Made by a program: the position numbers and the translations under genes. From Mustelus asterias (taxonomy: Eukaryota), in contig NC_135809.1 in the NCBI RefSeq assembly GCF_964213995.1, positions 102,114,001 through 102,178,000 on the forward strand: 64,000 nucleotides of DNA, read 5' to 3'. Every line of letters starts with the position of its first letter. Position 1 is the stretch's first letter. The notes beneath the pieces were generated by a model. That model made no database searches. It saw nothing but the letters and a program-made list of their open reading frames with translations, and was not told the origin of the DNA. Below are positions 51,970 through 62,371 of this stretch, in pieces.

Positions 51970-54600
51970 AACAAAGAACAAAGAAAAGTACAGGACAGGA
52001 ACAGGCCCTTCGGCCCCCCCAAACCCTTGCTGGTCACGATGCCTTAACTAAACTAAAAGAAAATCTTCTGCCCTTACTCGGTTTGTACCCCTCTATTCCC
52101 TCCTTATTCATTTACCCATCCAGATGCCTTTTAAATGTTGCTAATGTGCCTGCTTCCACCACCTCCTCTGGCAGCGTATTCCAGGTACCCACCACTCTCT
52201 GCGTGAAAAACCTCCTCGGCTCACCTTGAATCTGTGCCCCCTTGTAATTGGCTCTTCCATCCTGGGAATAAGTCTCTGACTATCCACCCTATCTATGCCT
52301 CCCATAATTAGACCTCTATTAGGTCTCCCCCCAGCCTCTGTCTTTCCTGTGAAAACAATCCTGGTTTATTCAACCTCTCCTCATAGCCAACACCCTTGAG
52401 ACCAGGCAACGTCCTGGTGAACTTTCTTTGCATTTGCTCCAAAGCTTTGACGTCATTCTGGTAGTATGATGACTGGAATTGCACGCAATACTCCAAATGC
52501 AGCCTAACCAAGGTTTTATATAGCTGCAACATGATTTCCCAACTCCTGTACTTAATGCCCCGGCTGATGAAGACAAGCACGCTATATGCCTTCTTAATCA
52601 CCTTGGCCACCTGTCTTGCCACTTTTAGGGAACTGTGGACCTGCACGCCCAGATTCCTCTGTATGTTCTGCTGTTTACAGTATAATTCATACCTAAATTT
52701 GATCCTCCAAAATGCATCAGCTCGCATTTGTCCAAATTAAACTCCATCCACCATTTCTGTGCCCAAGTCTCTAATCTATCTATATCCTGTTGTATCCTCT
52801 GACAATCCTCGGCACTATCAACAACTTCGCCAATCTTTGTGTCATCCGCAAACTTACTAATCAGACCATTCACATTTTCCTCCACATCATTCATATATAC
52901 AAACAACAGAGATTCTAGGACTGATTCCTGCAGAACACCACTAGCTACAGATCTCCATTCTGAAAAACATCCCTCCACCACTACTCTCTGTTTTCTATAA
53001 TCAAGCCAGAATCTCATATGAATTTGGTTTTTGTACCAGTCTGCCATGTGGGACCTTGTCAAACACCTTACTAAAGTCCATACAAGCTACCCCCACAGCC
53101 CTTCCCTCATCAATTTTCTTCGTCACCTCTTCAAAAAACTCAATCAAGTTGGTGAGACATGACCTTCCCTGTACAATGTCATGCTGCTTGTCATCAACTA
53201 ATCTATTTTCCTCCAAATGTGCATACATCCTGTCCCTCAGTATCTTCTCCAAAAGCTTCCCCACCACTGATGTCAGGCTCACCGGTTTATAATTTGCTGG
53301 ATTATCCCTGCTTCCTTTCTTATACAAAGGAACAACATTGGCTATTCTCCAGTCCTCTGGAACCTCACTTGTGGTCAAAGAGAATGTGAAGATATATGTT
53401 AAGGCCCCAGCTATTTCTTCCCTTGCCGCCCACAGTAACCTGAGATAGCTGCCATCTGGCCCTGGGAACCTGACTACCTTAATGCAATTTAGGATACTCA
53501 ACACTTCTTCCTTAATATATTGACGTTCTCTAGAACGTTTACACACCTATCCCTGACCTTCATATCCGTCATGTCCTTCTCCTTGGTGAATAATTTGTCT
53601 GAGCCCCTGGTTGCAAGGGATTCCCAGTCAATATGGGGGAAGTTAAAGTCACCCATCACAACTACCCTGCTTTTTTCACACCTTTTTAGTGTCTGACTAC
53701 ACAACTGCTCCTCTGCATCCTGTGGGCTGTTGGAAGTGCAGAAGGAAGTGAATACCAATACAAAGTACTTATTAAAGAGGATTTCACCCACTCCCTGTGA
53801 TTCCACGCATACCTTCCCTCTATTGTCCTTGAGTGGGCCTACTCTTTCCCTTGCTACCCTCTTGCTCCTAATATTTGCATAAAAAGCCTTGGGATTCTCC
53901 TTGACCCTGTTTGCTAAAGACATTTCATGGTCCCTTTTAGCCCTTCTAATTCCACTTTTAAGTTCCTTCCTGCTTTCACTGTACTCCTCAAGGGCTTCAT
54001 CAGTTTTTAGATGTCTAGACCTATCGTATGTTTTCTTTTTCCTTTTGACTATGCTTACAATTTTCTTTGTCATCCATGGTTCCTGAATCCTGCCATTTCT
54101 TTCCTTCATTTTTGTGGGGTCATGTCTACCCTGCACTTCAATCAACTGGCCTTTAAAAGCCTCCTACATGCCAGAAGTGGATTTGCCCTCAAATAGCCAC
54201 TCCCAATCCATATTTCCCAGTTCCTGTCTAATTGGGATGTAATTGGCCCTCGCCCAATTTAGCACCCTCACCCAAGGTGATTTCCTTATCCATGACGACC
54301 TGAAATCTTATGGAATTGTGGTCACTAAACCCAAAATGCTCCCCCACTGAAACATTGATCACCTGACCTGGCTCATTCTCCAATGCCAAGTCTAGTATGG
54401 CCCCCTTCTGGTTGGATTGTCAACATACTGTATTCTGGACACATCTAACAAATTGCTCTCCATCTGAGCCCCTGGTTGCAAGGGATTCCCAGTCAATATG
54501 GGGGAAGTTAAAGTCACCCATCACAACTACCCTGCTTTTTTCACACCTTTTTAGTGTCTGACTACACAACTGCTCCTCTGCATCCTGTGGGCTGTTGGAA
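51970..54600 (-). mobile_element. CR1-type LINE, about 2.6 kb, degenerate ORF2 (endonuclease end plus RT)
   Basis: VVVMGDFNFPHIDW, NPANYKPVSLTSVVGKLLE, DFSKVFDKVPH, KFADDTK and LEYCVQF in broken minus-strand ORFs. Confidence 0.9.
53598..53748. repeat. Exact 151-bp copy of 54463-54613
   Basis: Identical by eye; flanked by gtgaata direct repeats. Confidence 0.9.
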
Positions 54601-54947
54601 GTGCAGAAGGAAGCCATTCAGTCCATTGAGCCTGCATCAACTCTCTGACAGAGCATCTTACTTAGGCCCACCCATTCACCCGTCCCCTATCCCTGTAACC
54701 CTGCACATTCATCCTAATCTTCCCAATCTACTCATCTTGGGACACTAAGGGGCAATTTTGCATAGCCAATCTACCTTACCTGCACATCTTTGGACTGTGG
54801 GAGGAAACCGGAGCACCTGGAGCAAACCCACGGAGACACAGGCAGAACATGCAAACTCCACACAGGCAGTCACCCAAGGCTGTAATTGAACCCAGGTCCC
54901 TGCAGCTGTGAGTCAGCACTGCTAACCACTGTGCCATCATGCTGCCC
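54601..54947 (-). mobile_element. HE1-type V-SINE abutting the CR1 5' truncation
   Basis: Head at 54860-54947, core and partial tail. Confidence 0.8.
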
Positions 54948-55392
54948 AATAATAACTGATAAGTTAACCAAGCTGCTTCTCATTGAAACCATAAAAATAA
55001 AGTAATAAAGTTTATTTATTAGTCACAAGTAAGGCTTACATTAACACTGCAATTAAGTTACTGTAAAACTTACTGTAAAATGGCTTGACAATTGTCTGTA
55101 TTGGCCATATACCTGATACCGAGACAAAGAACGATTTTAAAATTACAGCAAGCTAAAACCATTTTAAAAATTGCATACATCCTGTCCATGTAAAGTCATA
55201 TAAAATACAGATATTTGTCCATTTTGCATCGGAAGAAAACTGATTTCATTTCATGTATGTCCTAGATTTCTCGATTTGTTTGTGTCAACCTTAGTTTAGT
55301 TGTAATATCCTCAACTCTGAGTCAGAAAATGTATCTGCTCAAACCTTACTTCAGGACTCGAGCACATAATTTAGGCTGACACTCCAAAAGAC

Positions 55393-55563
55393 AGTAAGAA
55401 GTCTCATGACACCAGGTTAAAGTCCAACAGGTTTATTTGGTAGCAAACACCACTAGCTTTCGGAGCGCTGCTCCTTCGTCAGGTGAGTGGGAGATCTGCT
55501 CATAAACAGCATGCCCTATTTACTGTGTTTTCCCCAGTCCAACGCCGGCATCTCCACATCATG
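55393..55563. mobile_element. Penelope-like non-coding unit (inverted arm plus 3' tail)
   Basis: Same family as 49476-49977; imperfect 12-bp TSD actccaaaagac / acttcaaaggac; inserted in a DeuSINE-like relic. Confidence 0.75.
55451..55485 (-). ncRNA. Minimal type I hammerhead ribozyme motif
   Basis: CAC-CUGACGA-A-GGAGC-AGC-GCUCC-GAAA-GC-UA-GUG: conserved core, perfect 5-bp stem II, stem I CAC/GUG, palindromic AGCU helix III. Confidence 0.65.
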
Positions 55564-57199
55564 ACTTCAAAGGACTGCATGGGTAGAGCTGCAGTATCGA
55601 GGTGTTAGTTTTTCAGACGAAACATTAAATCGTAACCCTGTTTAGTTTGTCCTGTAGCATTTGAAGGAACAGGATGAGGCTTTCCTGGATAACAGTCACA
55701 ACCCAATGAGTACCACTAAAAATAAATTATATGGAATTAATTACATGGCTTCTTTGGAACATTGTTGCACATAATTTGGTTGTCGATGTTGCGAACTGAC
55801 CAATAGCAACTGCATTTCAAAAGTAATTCATTGGTTTCAAAGTGTTTTGAGATAACATGAGATGTAAAAGGGGCTGTATAAATGCAAATCAATTTTTAAA
55901 ATCTCGAATGCCACAAGTTCACACACTTTATAGACTAAAATTACTACAAAATTTATTTAAGTGATAAAGAACATAGCAAAGAATTCTGAATAGCTAACAC
56001 CTGTGGTTCAGCCTCAGTGAGCTCATAACTTCCTCAGAATTGCTACCACTGCCTGAGGGTTCAAGATGATTGCATCAAGAGATAACATTTTAAAATATAT
56101 TCTATAAGTAAGTTTCCAAATTGATGTATTGAAGTTAGACATCCTTGCGTTGGAATTTAATCTCTATCGCAGCAGTTAAAATGACTCTCCAGGTGGGGTG
56201 TCGGAATGTTAAATGTGTCTTTACAATGCAGTGCAGACAGCTTGTGGTTGTATGTCATTCAAAAAAGTCTTCTAAATGGAATGATTTTCAATATATTTTG
56301 TACATCAAGGCAATCACAAACAAGGCAGTGACTATGTTATATGGTCAAATGGATACAAAGTATAGTGAGGAGAGGTGATGAGATGGGCACTTCTGACCAG
56401 ATTATCTGTTCTATTGGTGATGATGAATGAGGGATAAATATTGGCTATGACTCTGTGGAGAACTCCTCTACCCTTAGTGATGTGGGATGGTTTCATGTTC
56501 ACTTGACAGGATGGGGCCTCAGTTTAACATCTTGTCCAAAATAAACAACACTTCCAACAATGCAGAACTGTCCTGGAGTCTCAGCCTACATTATATACTG
56601 AAGTCTCTGGACTTGAACACTCATCTTTTTTACTCAAAGATGAGAGAGTACTACCACTGACCACAACCAATACCTAAAAAAAAGTTTTACTTCACGTTTG
56701 AACATAATTATCTTTTAAGTAAGTAAACAAAAGAAAACACTGATATTAGAACTGAAGATCAAAGCACATTACTCTTAACATTTAACAATGATGCAAATCC
56801 TTATAATTGTTATTTTAAAATTAAATTTCATTTTAATAAAGGCTGTATAGAATACTAAAGAGGATTTATAAAGACATTGTGCATAATTAAACAACAAACA
56901 TTATTATGAGGTAGAAGGAGGGCAGTTAGTTGTGGTTCATCATTTGAGTTTTGCATGCTTTGGTTTGATCTTCATGGAGAGCACTAATCAGGGTGGGGTT
57001 ATCATTTAGGTCTGGGACACTTTCCAGTAGATAGATCCATTGAAGAATGATCTGGTTTGCAAAAGCTTTGGGTTATCACAAATCTCTTATTTGTCTTTTG
57101 TGCTATGAAATATACCAATAAATAAACCACATAAATATATAATTTGTTGGTGAATTTTAAAAGTCACAGCCTCAGTTCAATTGTTGGTTGCTAGAAGGA

Positions 57200-57700
57200 A
57201 GTTCACACCGAAATGCAGGGTTGAGGAGGAGGGGAGGAAGGGAGGAGGGGGGACATAGATCATGAAGTTACACCTCCAGGCCACAGCAGCGCTAGAGCTC
57301 TTGACACGTCTATTGAGCAGAGCGTTGTCGCTTTGTCGCGGTGTGAAAGGTGAAAGGGCGGGCTGGGCTGTGACTGCAATACGTCGCTTGTTCGCCGGTT
57401 TATTCGATCTTCACAGCGCAGCAAAATGGCCACGAAGAGTAGTGGTGGAGTGGTGAGGCGATCCAGAGTAATTCTGAATCATACTACCCGGAAAGAAGCG
57501 GCGCCCCTGAACACCACGTCTGACGGCGAGGCTGCTAAAGGTAACGAAAGGCAATGGTGCGCCCGGGGATGGTTAATGTCGATATGCGGGTCAATAGAGT
57601 TCGACTCAAGAGTTCGCAGAGGGGTCGAGAAGATTCCCTCAGTCTCTGGGACCAGGTTTGGAAAGAATTGGAATAATCGAATCTGGCGGTTACTGAGGTC
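57200..57700 (+). promoter_or_regulatory. CpG-rich promoter region of the putative TMEM41B
   Basis: Local CpG enrichment, GC box GGGCGG near 57356, purine-rich tract 57223-57252, YY1-like CAAAATGGC over the ATG. Confidence 0.55.
57426..57540 (+). CDS. TMEM41B: Probable TMEM41B coding exon 1 (MATKSSGGVVRRSRVILNHTTRKEAAPLNTTSDGEAAK, phase 1)
   Basis: Strong Kozak AAAATGG in a CpG-rich patch and donor AAG|gtaacg. V..RS.....HTT resembles the recalled human TMEM41B N-terminus (VAERSQLGAHHTT) with the same intron phase. TMEM41B is the divergent neighbour of IPO7 in human. No exon 2 seen in the window. Confidence 0.65.
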
Positions 57701-58251
57701 TGTGAGAGTGTTAAGCAGTTTGTCTGATGGAGTTTTGAGACCAACAGCTCCGCTTAGAGTCGAACAGGAAACCGTGACAAAGGGAATGGAGTTTATGGTT
57801 TCATCTTTCATCTCCCCATAGGCAAGCTGGAAGAGAGTACAGTCTGACAATACAATGGTCAAGATATGTGTTGGTAAGGTCAAGCTGGATGCCACTGCAA
57901 GTCTACACGATGTCGGCGAAGGAGCAGTGTACAGTGCAATACCTTATCTTGTCATCTTGGATCTTGTTGGTCTCTCTTGTGGGGCTATGAATTGGATTCA
58001 GTTAGAATTTGAAATGGGTTTGTGGAGCAAGCAAGGAATGGATTTGGGTTTGCCTGGTCCGTTTTGAGCATTGGCTTTGTAACTTTAAGGAAAAGTAAAA
58101 AAAGTAAAAAGGGGGCAGTGTGCAGATAGAAAAGTTTTTATATTGCTTTCACAACCTCAGGACATCCCAATGCTCTTTTGGTTTTGGCAGAGGTGAGTAA
58201 AGTCTGATTATTCTTGATGTGGTCTGACCAACTCTGGTGATGGATTGTTAA

Positions 58252-58470
58252 GATGTGGAGATGCCGGCGTTGGACTGGGGTAAACACAGTAAGAAGTTTA
58301 ACAACACCAGGTTAAAGTCCAACAGGTTTATTTGGTAGCAAAAGCCACAAGCTTTCGGAGCCTTAAGCCCCTTCCTCGCCTGAAGAAGGGGCTTAAGGCT
58401 CCGAAAGCTTGTGGCTTTTGCTACCAAATAAACCTGTTGGACTTTAACCTGGTGTTGTTAAACTTCTTAC
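58252..58470. mobile_element. Penelope-like palindromic unit
   Basis: About 85-bp inverted arms folding near 58376, plus a 3' tail on the minus strand. Confidence 0.8.
58377..58414 (+). ncRNA. Minimal type I hammerhead ribozyme motif
   Basis: CGC-CUGAAGA-A-GGGGCU-UAA-GGCUCC-GAAA-GC-UU-GUG. Confidence 0.55.
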
Positions 58471-58538
58471 AACTGGCTTAACAATCCATCGTATGATTAA
58501 GTCTATGGTTAGAAATGACCATGACACACATGGTATAA

Positions 58539-58812
58539 CACAGTAAGAAGTTTAACAACACCAGGTTAAAGTCCAACAGGTTTATTTGGTAGCAAAAGCC
58601 ACACAAGCTTTCGAAGCTCTAAGCCCCTTCCTCAGGTGAGTGGGAATTCTGTTCAGGTGAGTGGGAACAGAATTCCCACTCACCTGAAGAAGGGGCTTAG
58701 AGCTTCAAAAGCTTGTGTGGCTTTTGCTACCAAATAAACCTGTTGGACTTTAACCTGGTGTTGTTAAACTTCTTACTGTGTTTACCCCAGTCCAACGCCG
58801 GCATCTCCACAT
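58539..58812. mobile_element. Penelope-like palindromic unit with perfect 14-bp TSD
   Basis: cacacatggtataa at 58525-58538 and 58813-58826; about 110-bp inverted arms. Confidence 0.85.
58602..58638 (-). ncRNA. Minimal type I hammerhead ribozyme motif
   Basis: CAC-CUGAGGA-A-GGGGCU-UAG-AGCUUC-GAAA-GC-UU-GUG. Confidence 0.5.
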
Positions 58813-59113
58813 CACACATGGTATAAGACAGAGAGGCTGAAGTAGTGGGTAAGGTTGAGGGGATGGTGGTGAGTCAGGAGAAGATTGAATTTCGAGGGGA
58901 AGGAATGCGATGATAGAAATTGCACTCACAGCATAAGTTGCTCAGTACAGCAACTGATGTGTTATCACCATAGCAGATGCTAAATGCCGAGCAAACCAAA
59001 ACCCATAGGGAAACTTGGCTTACTGGACCATTTTTTTTTGTATTCTGAAAACGAGAAAGAAATATACTGATCTCAGCAGTGCTAAGTCCTGTAACACTTT
59101 TGGGATTTTAAAC

Positions 59114-59201
59114 TCACTTGAGAAAGGAGCAGCGTTCTGAAAGCTCATGGTTCCAAATAAATCTGTTGGGCTTGAACCTGGTGTTGTGAGACTTCTTACT
59201 G
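59114..59201 (+). mobile_element. Degenerate Penelope-like unit fragment
   Basis: aaggagcagcgttctgaaagct...aataaa...ctggtgttgtgagacttcttac. Confidence 0.65.
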
Positions 59202-60459
59202 GGATCTGAAAAGTCAAAGATTTATTAACAAGAAGAAAAGGCTTAAGCATACAAGATTAGTTACACAGTTAAAATTAGTCTTACAAAACATTCCCCCACA
59301 AAGTCTCTCTTCTTGTTTGGACCAAAAGTAAACACCATCCAAGTAATAATCCCCTTTAAAGATGTTTAACTATAAAAATCCAGTAATATTACCTCCTAGG
59401 CAAAACTACTCTTACTTTAATGAGACATACCACATGACGTTGCACTTATCACTTCCACTCTATTGTGGAAATCCAAAACTTCAAAACAAAACTGCCTTTT
59501 TTTTACAGCCTTGAGACTTTTCTGGCTTCAATCGATGGCTGGTTTAAAGTACACCTTCTCTCCTGGCCCAGAGCTGTTTTCAGCAGGTCTTTCTCACACA
59601 GCCAAAAGCATTAAGATCTCAACATCTCTCTAAATATTCTTTGCCTTAATCTACAATTCCATTGCCTTTGGTACTTCTTTGATCTTTTCTAAAATATAAT
59701 TTTTTTTCGTATTTTCCTGTTGCTCCCACTTTTATGTCAAATAACATTTAATGACCGTACCTTGTTTACTTATGAAACCTTTGCAAGCTGTAAGAGCCTT
59801 TTTATTTCCCTTAGAAATTTAACACACACTCAACTTATGTAAAGAACTGCAAATGTTAGATCCAATCTACATACCTTAAACCCGCCGTAATATTTGATTA
59901 CAAATGCACAAACCGAACACCTCTATCCTTTAATGTCTTAAACCTCCCAGACTCTCTGTCTGTCATAACTTTACCCCAGTTCATTTAAATCATTTACACT
60001 TGCACGCCGCCTTTACAGAGACCAAAACTGCACCGAGTACTCCAGGTGTTGTGTCACGAAGGTCCTGTACGGCTTTTGTAAAACTTCCCTTTTTCATTCC
60101 TTTTCAATAAATGCCAATGTTCCATTTGCTTTTCTAATAATTTACTGTACCTTCATACTAACCTTTCCTGATTCATGTAGTGGAGCACCTCGATCACTCC
60201 AGTTCTTCAATCTCTCTCAATTTAAATAGTATACTGTGTTTCTATTCTTCCTGCCAAAGTGGACAAGTTCACATTTTCCCCATATTATACTCCATCTTTT
60301 GAACAGTCACTTAGGCTATCTCTTTTTAGACTAGTCCACTTGAGAATTTATTTACTTAACTATTTTGGTGTCATCAGCAAATGTAGCTACCATACATTCG
60401 CCTCTTCATCCAAGTCATTGAATTGACTTAACAATTAAAATGCCCATCTCAGTTGACAC

Positions 60460-60640
60460 CAAAGAACAGTGAACAAAAAAAATTACAGCACAGGAACAGG
60501 CCCTTCGGCCCTCCAAGCCTGCACCGACCATGCTGCCCGACTCAACTAAAACCCCCTACCCTTCCGGGGGCCATATCCTTCTATTCCCATCCTATTCATG
60601 TATGTGTCAAGACGCCCCTTAAAAGCCACTATCATATCTA
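60460..60640 (-). mobile_element. CR1 LINE 3' tail fragment
   Basis: Reverse complement resembles the 3'UTR at 16200-16344. Confidence 0.7.
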
Positions 60641-60647
60641 AACAATT

Positions 60648-60823
60648 TGGAGAATGCGGGCATCGATCCCACTACCTCTCGCATGCTAAGCGAGTGCTCT
60701 CTACCATTTGAGCTGTACCCGAACAGGCGCTGGAATGTGGCGACTAGGGGATTTTCACAGTGGTTTCACTGCAGTGTTGGTGTAAGCCTACTTGTGACTA
60801 TTAAATAAATAAAATAATTCCCC
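60648..60823 (-). pseudogene. tRNA-Ala(AGC) pseudogene split by a SINE-tail insertion
   Basis: Minus strand reads GGGGAATT (60823-60816), then a 101-bp insert, then AGCTCAAATGGTAGAGAGCACTCGCTTAGCATGCGAGAGGTAGTGGGATCGATGCCCGCATTCTCCA (60714-60648). Anticodon AGC at 60687-60685; extra AG in the D arm. Confidence 0.9.
60715..60815 (+). mobile_element. 5'-truncated SINE (alternative-tail family) inside the tRNA-Ala copy
   Basis: Matches the tails of SINEs at 2041-2133 and 50532-50630; ends in (aaat)n. Confidence 0.85.
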
Positions 60824-62371
60824 ACAATACTAATTGTGCAGGGAATTTAGCCCTGCTGATGAAATTCCTAACTGATATTCTATATTGCTACAAGGGCAGC
60901 AGCTTTCCTTCCCTAAAGCATATTGTTTGCGTTGGTTGGGTTTTTGTAACAATTTACCAGCTTCATTGTTAGTCTTGCTGATGCCAACTTTTTTATTTTA
61001 TTCCCATGTGTACCCTAAAAGTACTGAATTGAAATTCACAAATGGCTAAAGTGGGATTGGAACTCCCATTTTCTGGATTATTAGTCCAGCCATGTGGGTT
61101 ATTAATCTCGTAATTAAAATTGCATTGCTGTCATTGTAACAATGGTAAATATCTATGCAACTTTTTAATTGCCTTAAACCAATTTGGGCAACTTCATGCT
61201 CATTCCCCTGTGCTATTCTACAATTGTGAATCAAGCTGTAAAGAACTTTTGTCATAGATGGTTAGTAGGACAGCCTGTTTGAGCTACGTTAGCTGATTTT
61301 ACAATATATTCATAATCCTGATTTGTCAAATTAAACAGTTGGTCCTTCAGTGTTGCAAGTGTTCCAAGCTGGCATACACATTTAGGAGAAACCCAAATCC
61401 ATACTTCCAAACATGCAATATTTTGGTATACACTTATTTGCATGCAATATTGAACAAAGAGGCAATGATGTTAGATTATCAACAACAACAACTTGTATTT
61501 ATAAAGCGTCTTTAATGTAGTACTTCTGAGGAGCATTATCAAACAAAAATTGGCACTGAATCATATAAGATGATATTAGGATAGATGACCACAGCCTGTG
61601 TCAAGGAGAGGGGTTTTAAGGAGAGACACAGCAAGATGGAGAGGTTTAAGGGGTCCCAGAGTTTACAGTTCAGGCGACTGAAGGCCTGGTTAATGGTGAA
61701 GTGATTAAATTTGTGGGATGTGCAAAAGGACATAATTGGAGGAGCTCCGAGATCTCAGGGCTGGAGAAGATTACAGGGATGGAGAGGAGCAAGGCCATTT
61801 GGATTTGAAAATAAGGATGGGAATTTCAATATTAAGGCATTGCTCAACTAGGAGCCAATGTAAGTCGGCGAGCATACGTGTGATGGGTGAATGAAACTTG
61901 CTGTGAGTTAGGATATAGGCAGCAGAGATTTAGATAAGATTAAGTTGATGGAGTTCTGACCAGGAGATGATTGGAATATTGAGCCTAGAAATAACAAACG
62001 CATGGATGAGAGTTTCAGTGGTAGCAGAGTTGATCACCAATTGGAGGTCTGGTCTTCCACATTCCAGGAATGCAATTTAGCTCCCTTTATTTCTGTACAT
62101 TGACTTCTGATTATGGTTACTTGAAATGGTTCCTGTGTGTTTTCATTCAATATTATGGCCTTCATTACCTGTATCTGTCAACAGCTGAGATTCTTAGTCA
62201 CAAGACTCTGTATAAACAGACATGGGAATAACACTCATACAGTTGTGTCATAGAGCTTGCCAAAAGATTGTCCCTGATGTATTTATTAATTATATGAACA
62301 GAATTTAATCTCTCACAAAAGTAAAATGTACTTTGTCATCCATCCGTTAGGAGAATTTCATTTTTTATGTG

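Noticed and set aside
57426-57895. 131-aa plus-strand and 138-aa minus-strand ORFs as single-exon genes
   Set aside because: A good donor at 57540/57541 explains the 5' part as an exon; the rest looks like intron read-through or an antisense shadow with no recognisable domain
59089-59970. Possible second solo LTR
   Set aside because: Starts with TGTAAC and has LTR-like composition, but no matching end, TSD or second copy could be shown
60648-60714. Functional tRNA-Ala gene
   Set aside because: The 5' acceptor strand is displaced by a 101-bp insertion, the D arm has a 2-nt insertion and there is no adjacent Pol III terminator
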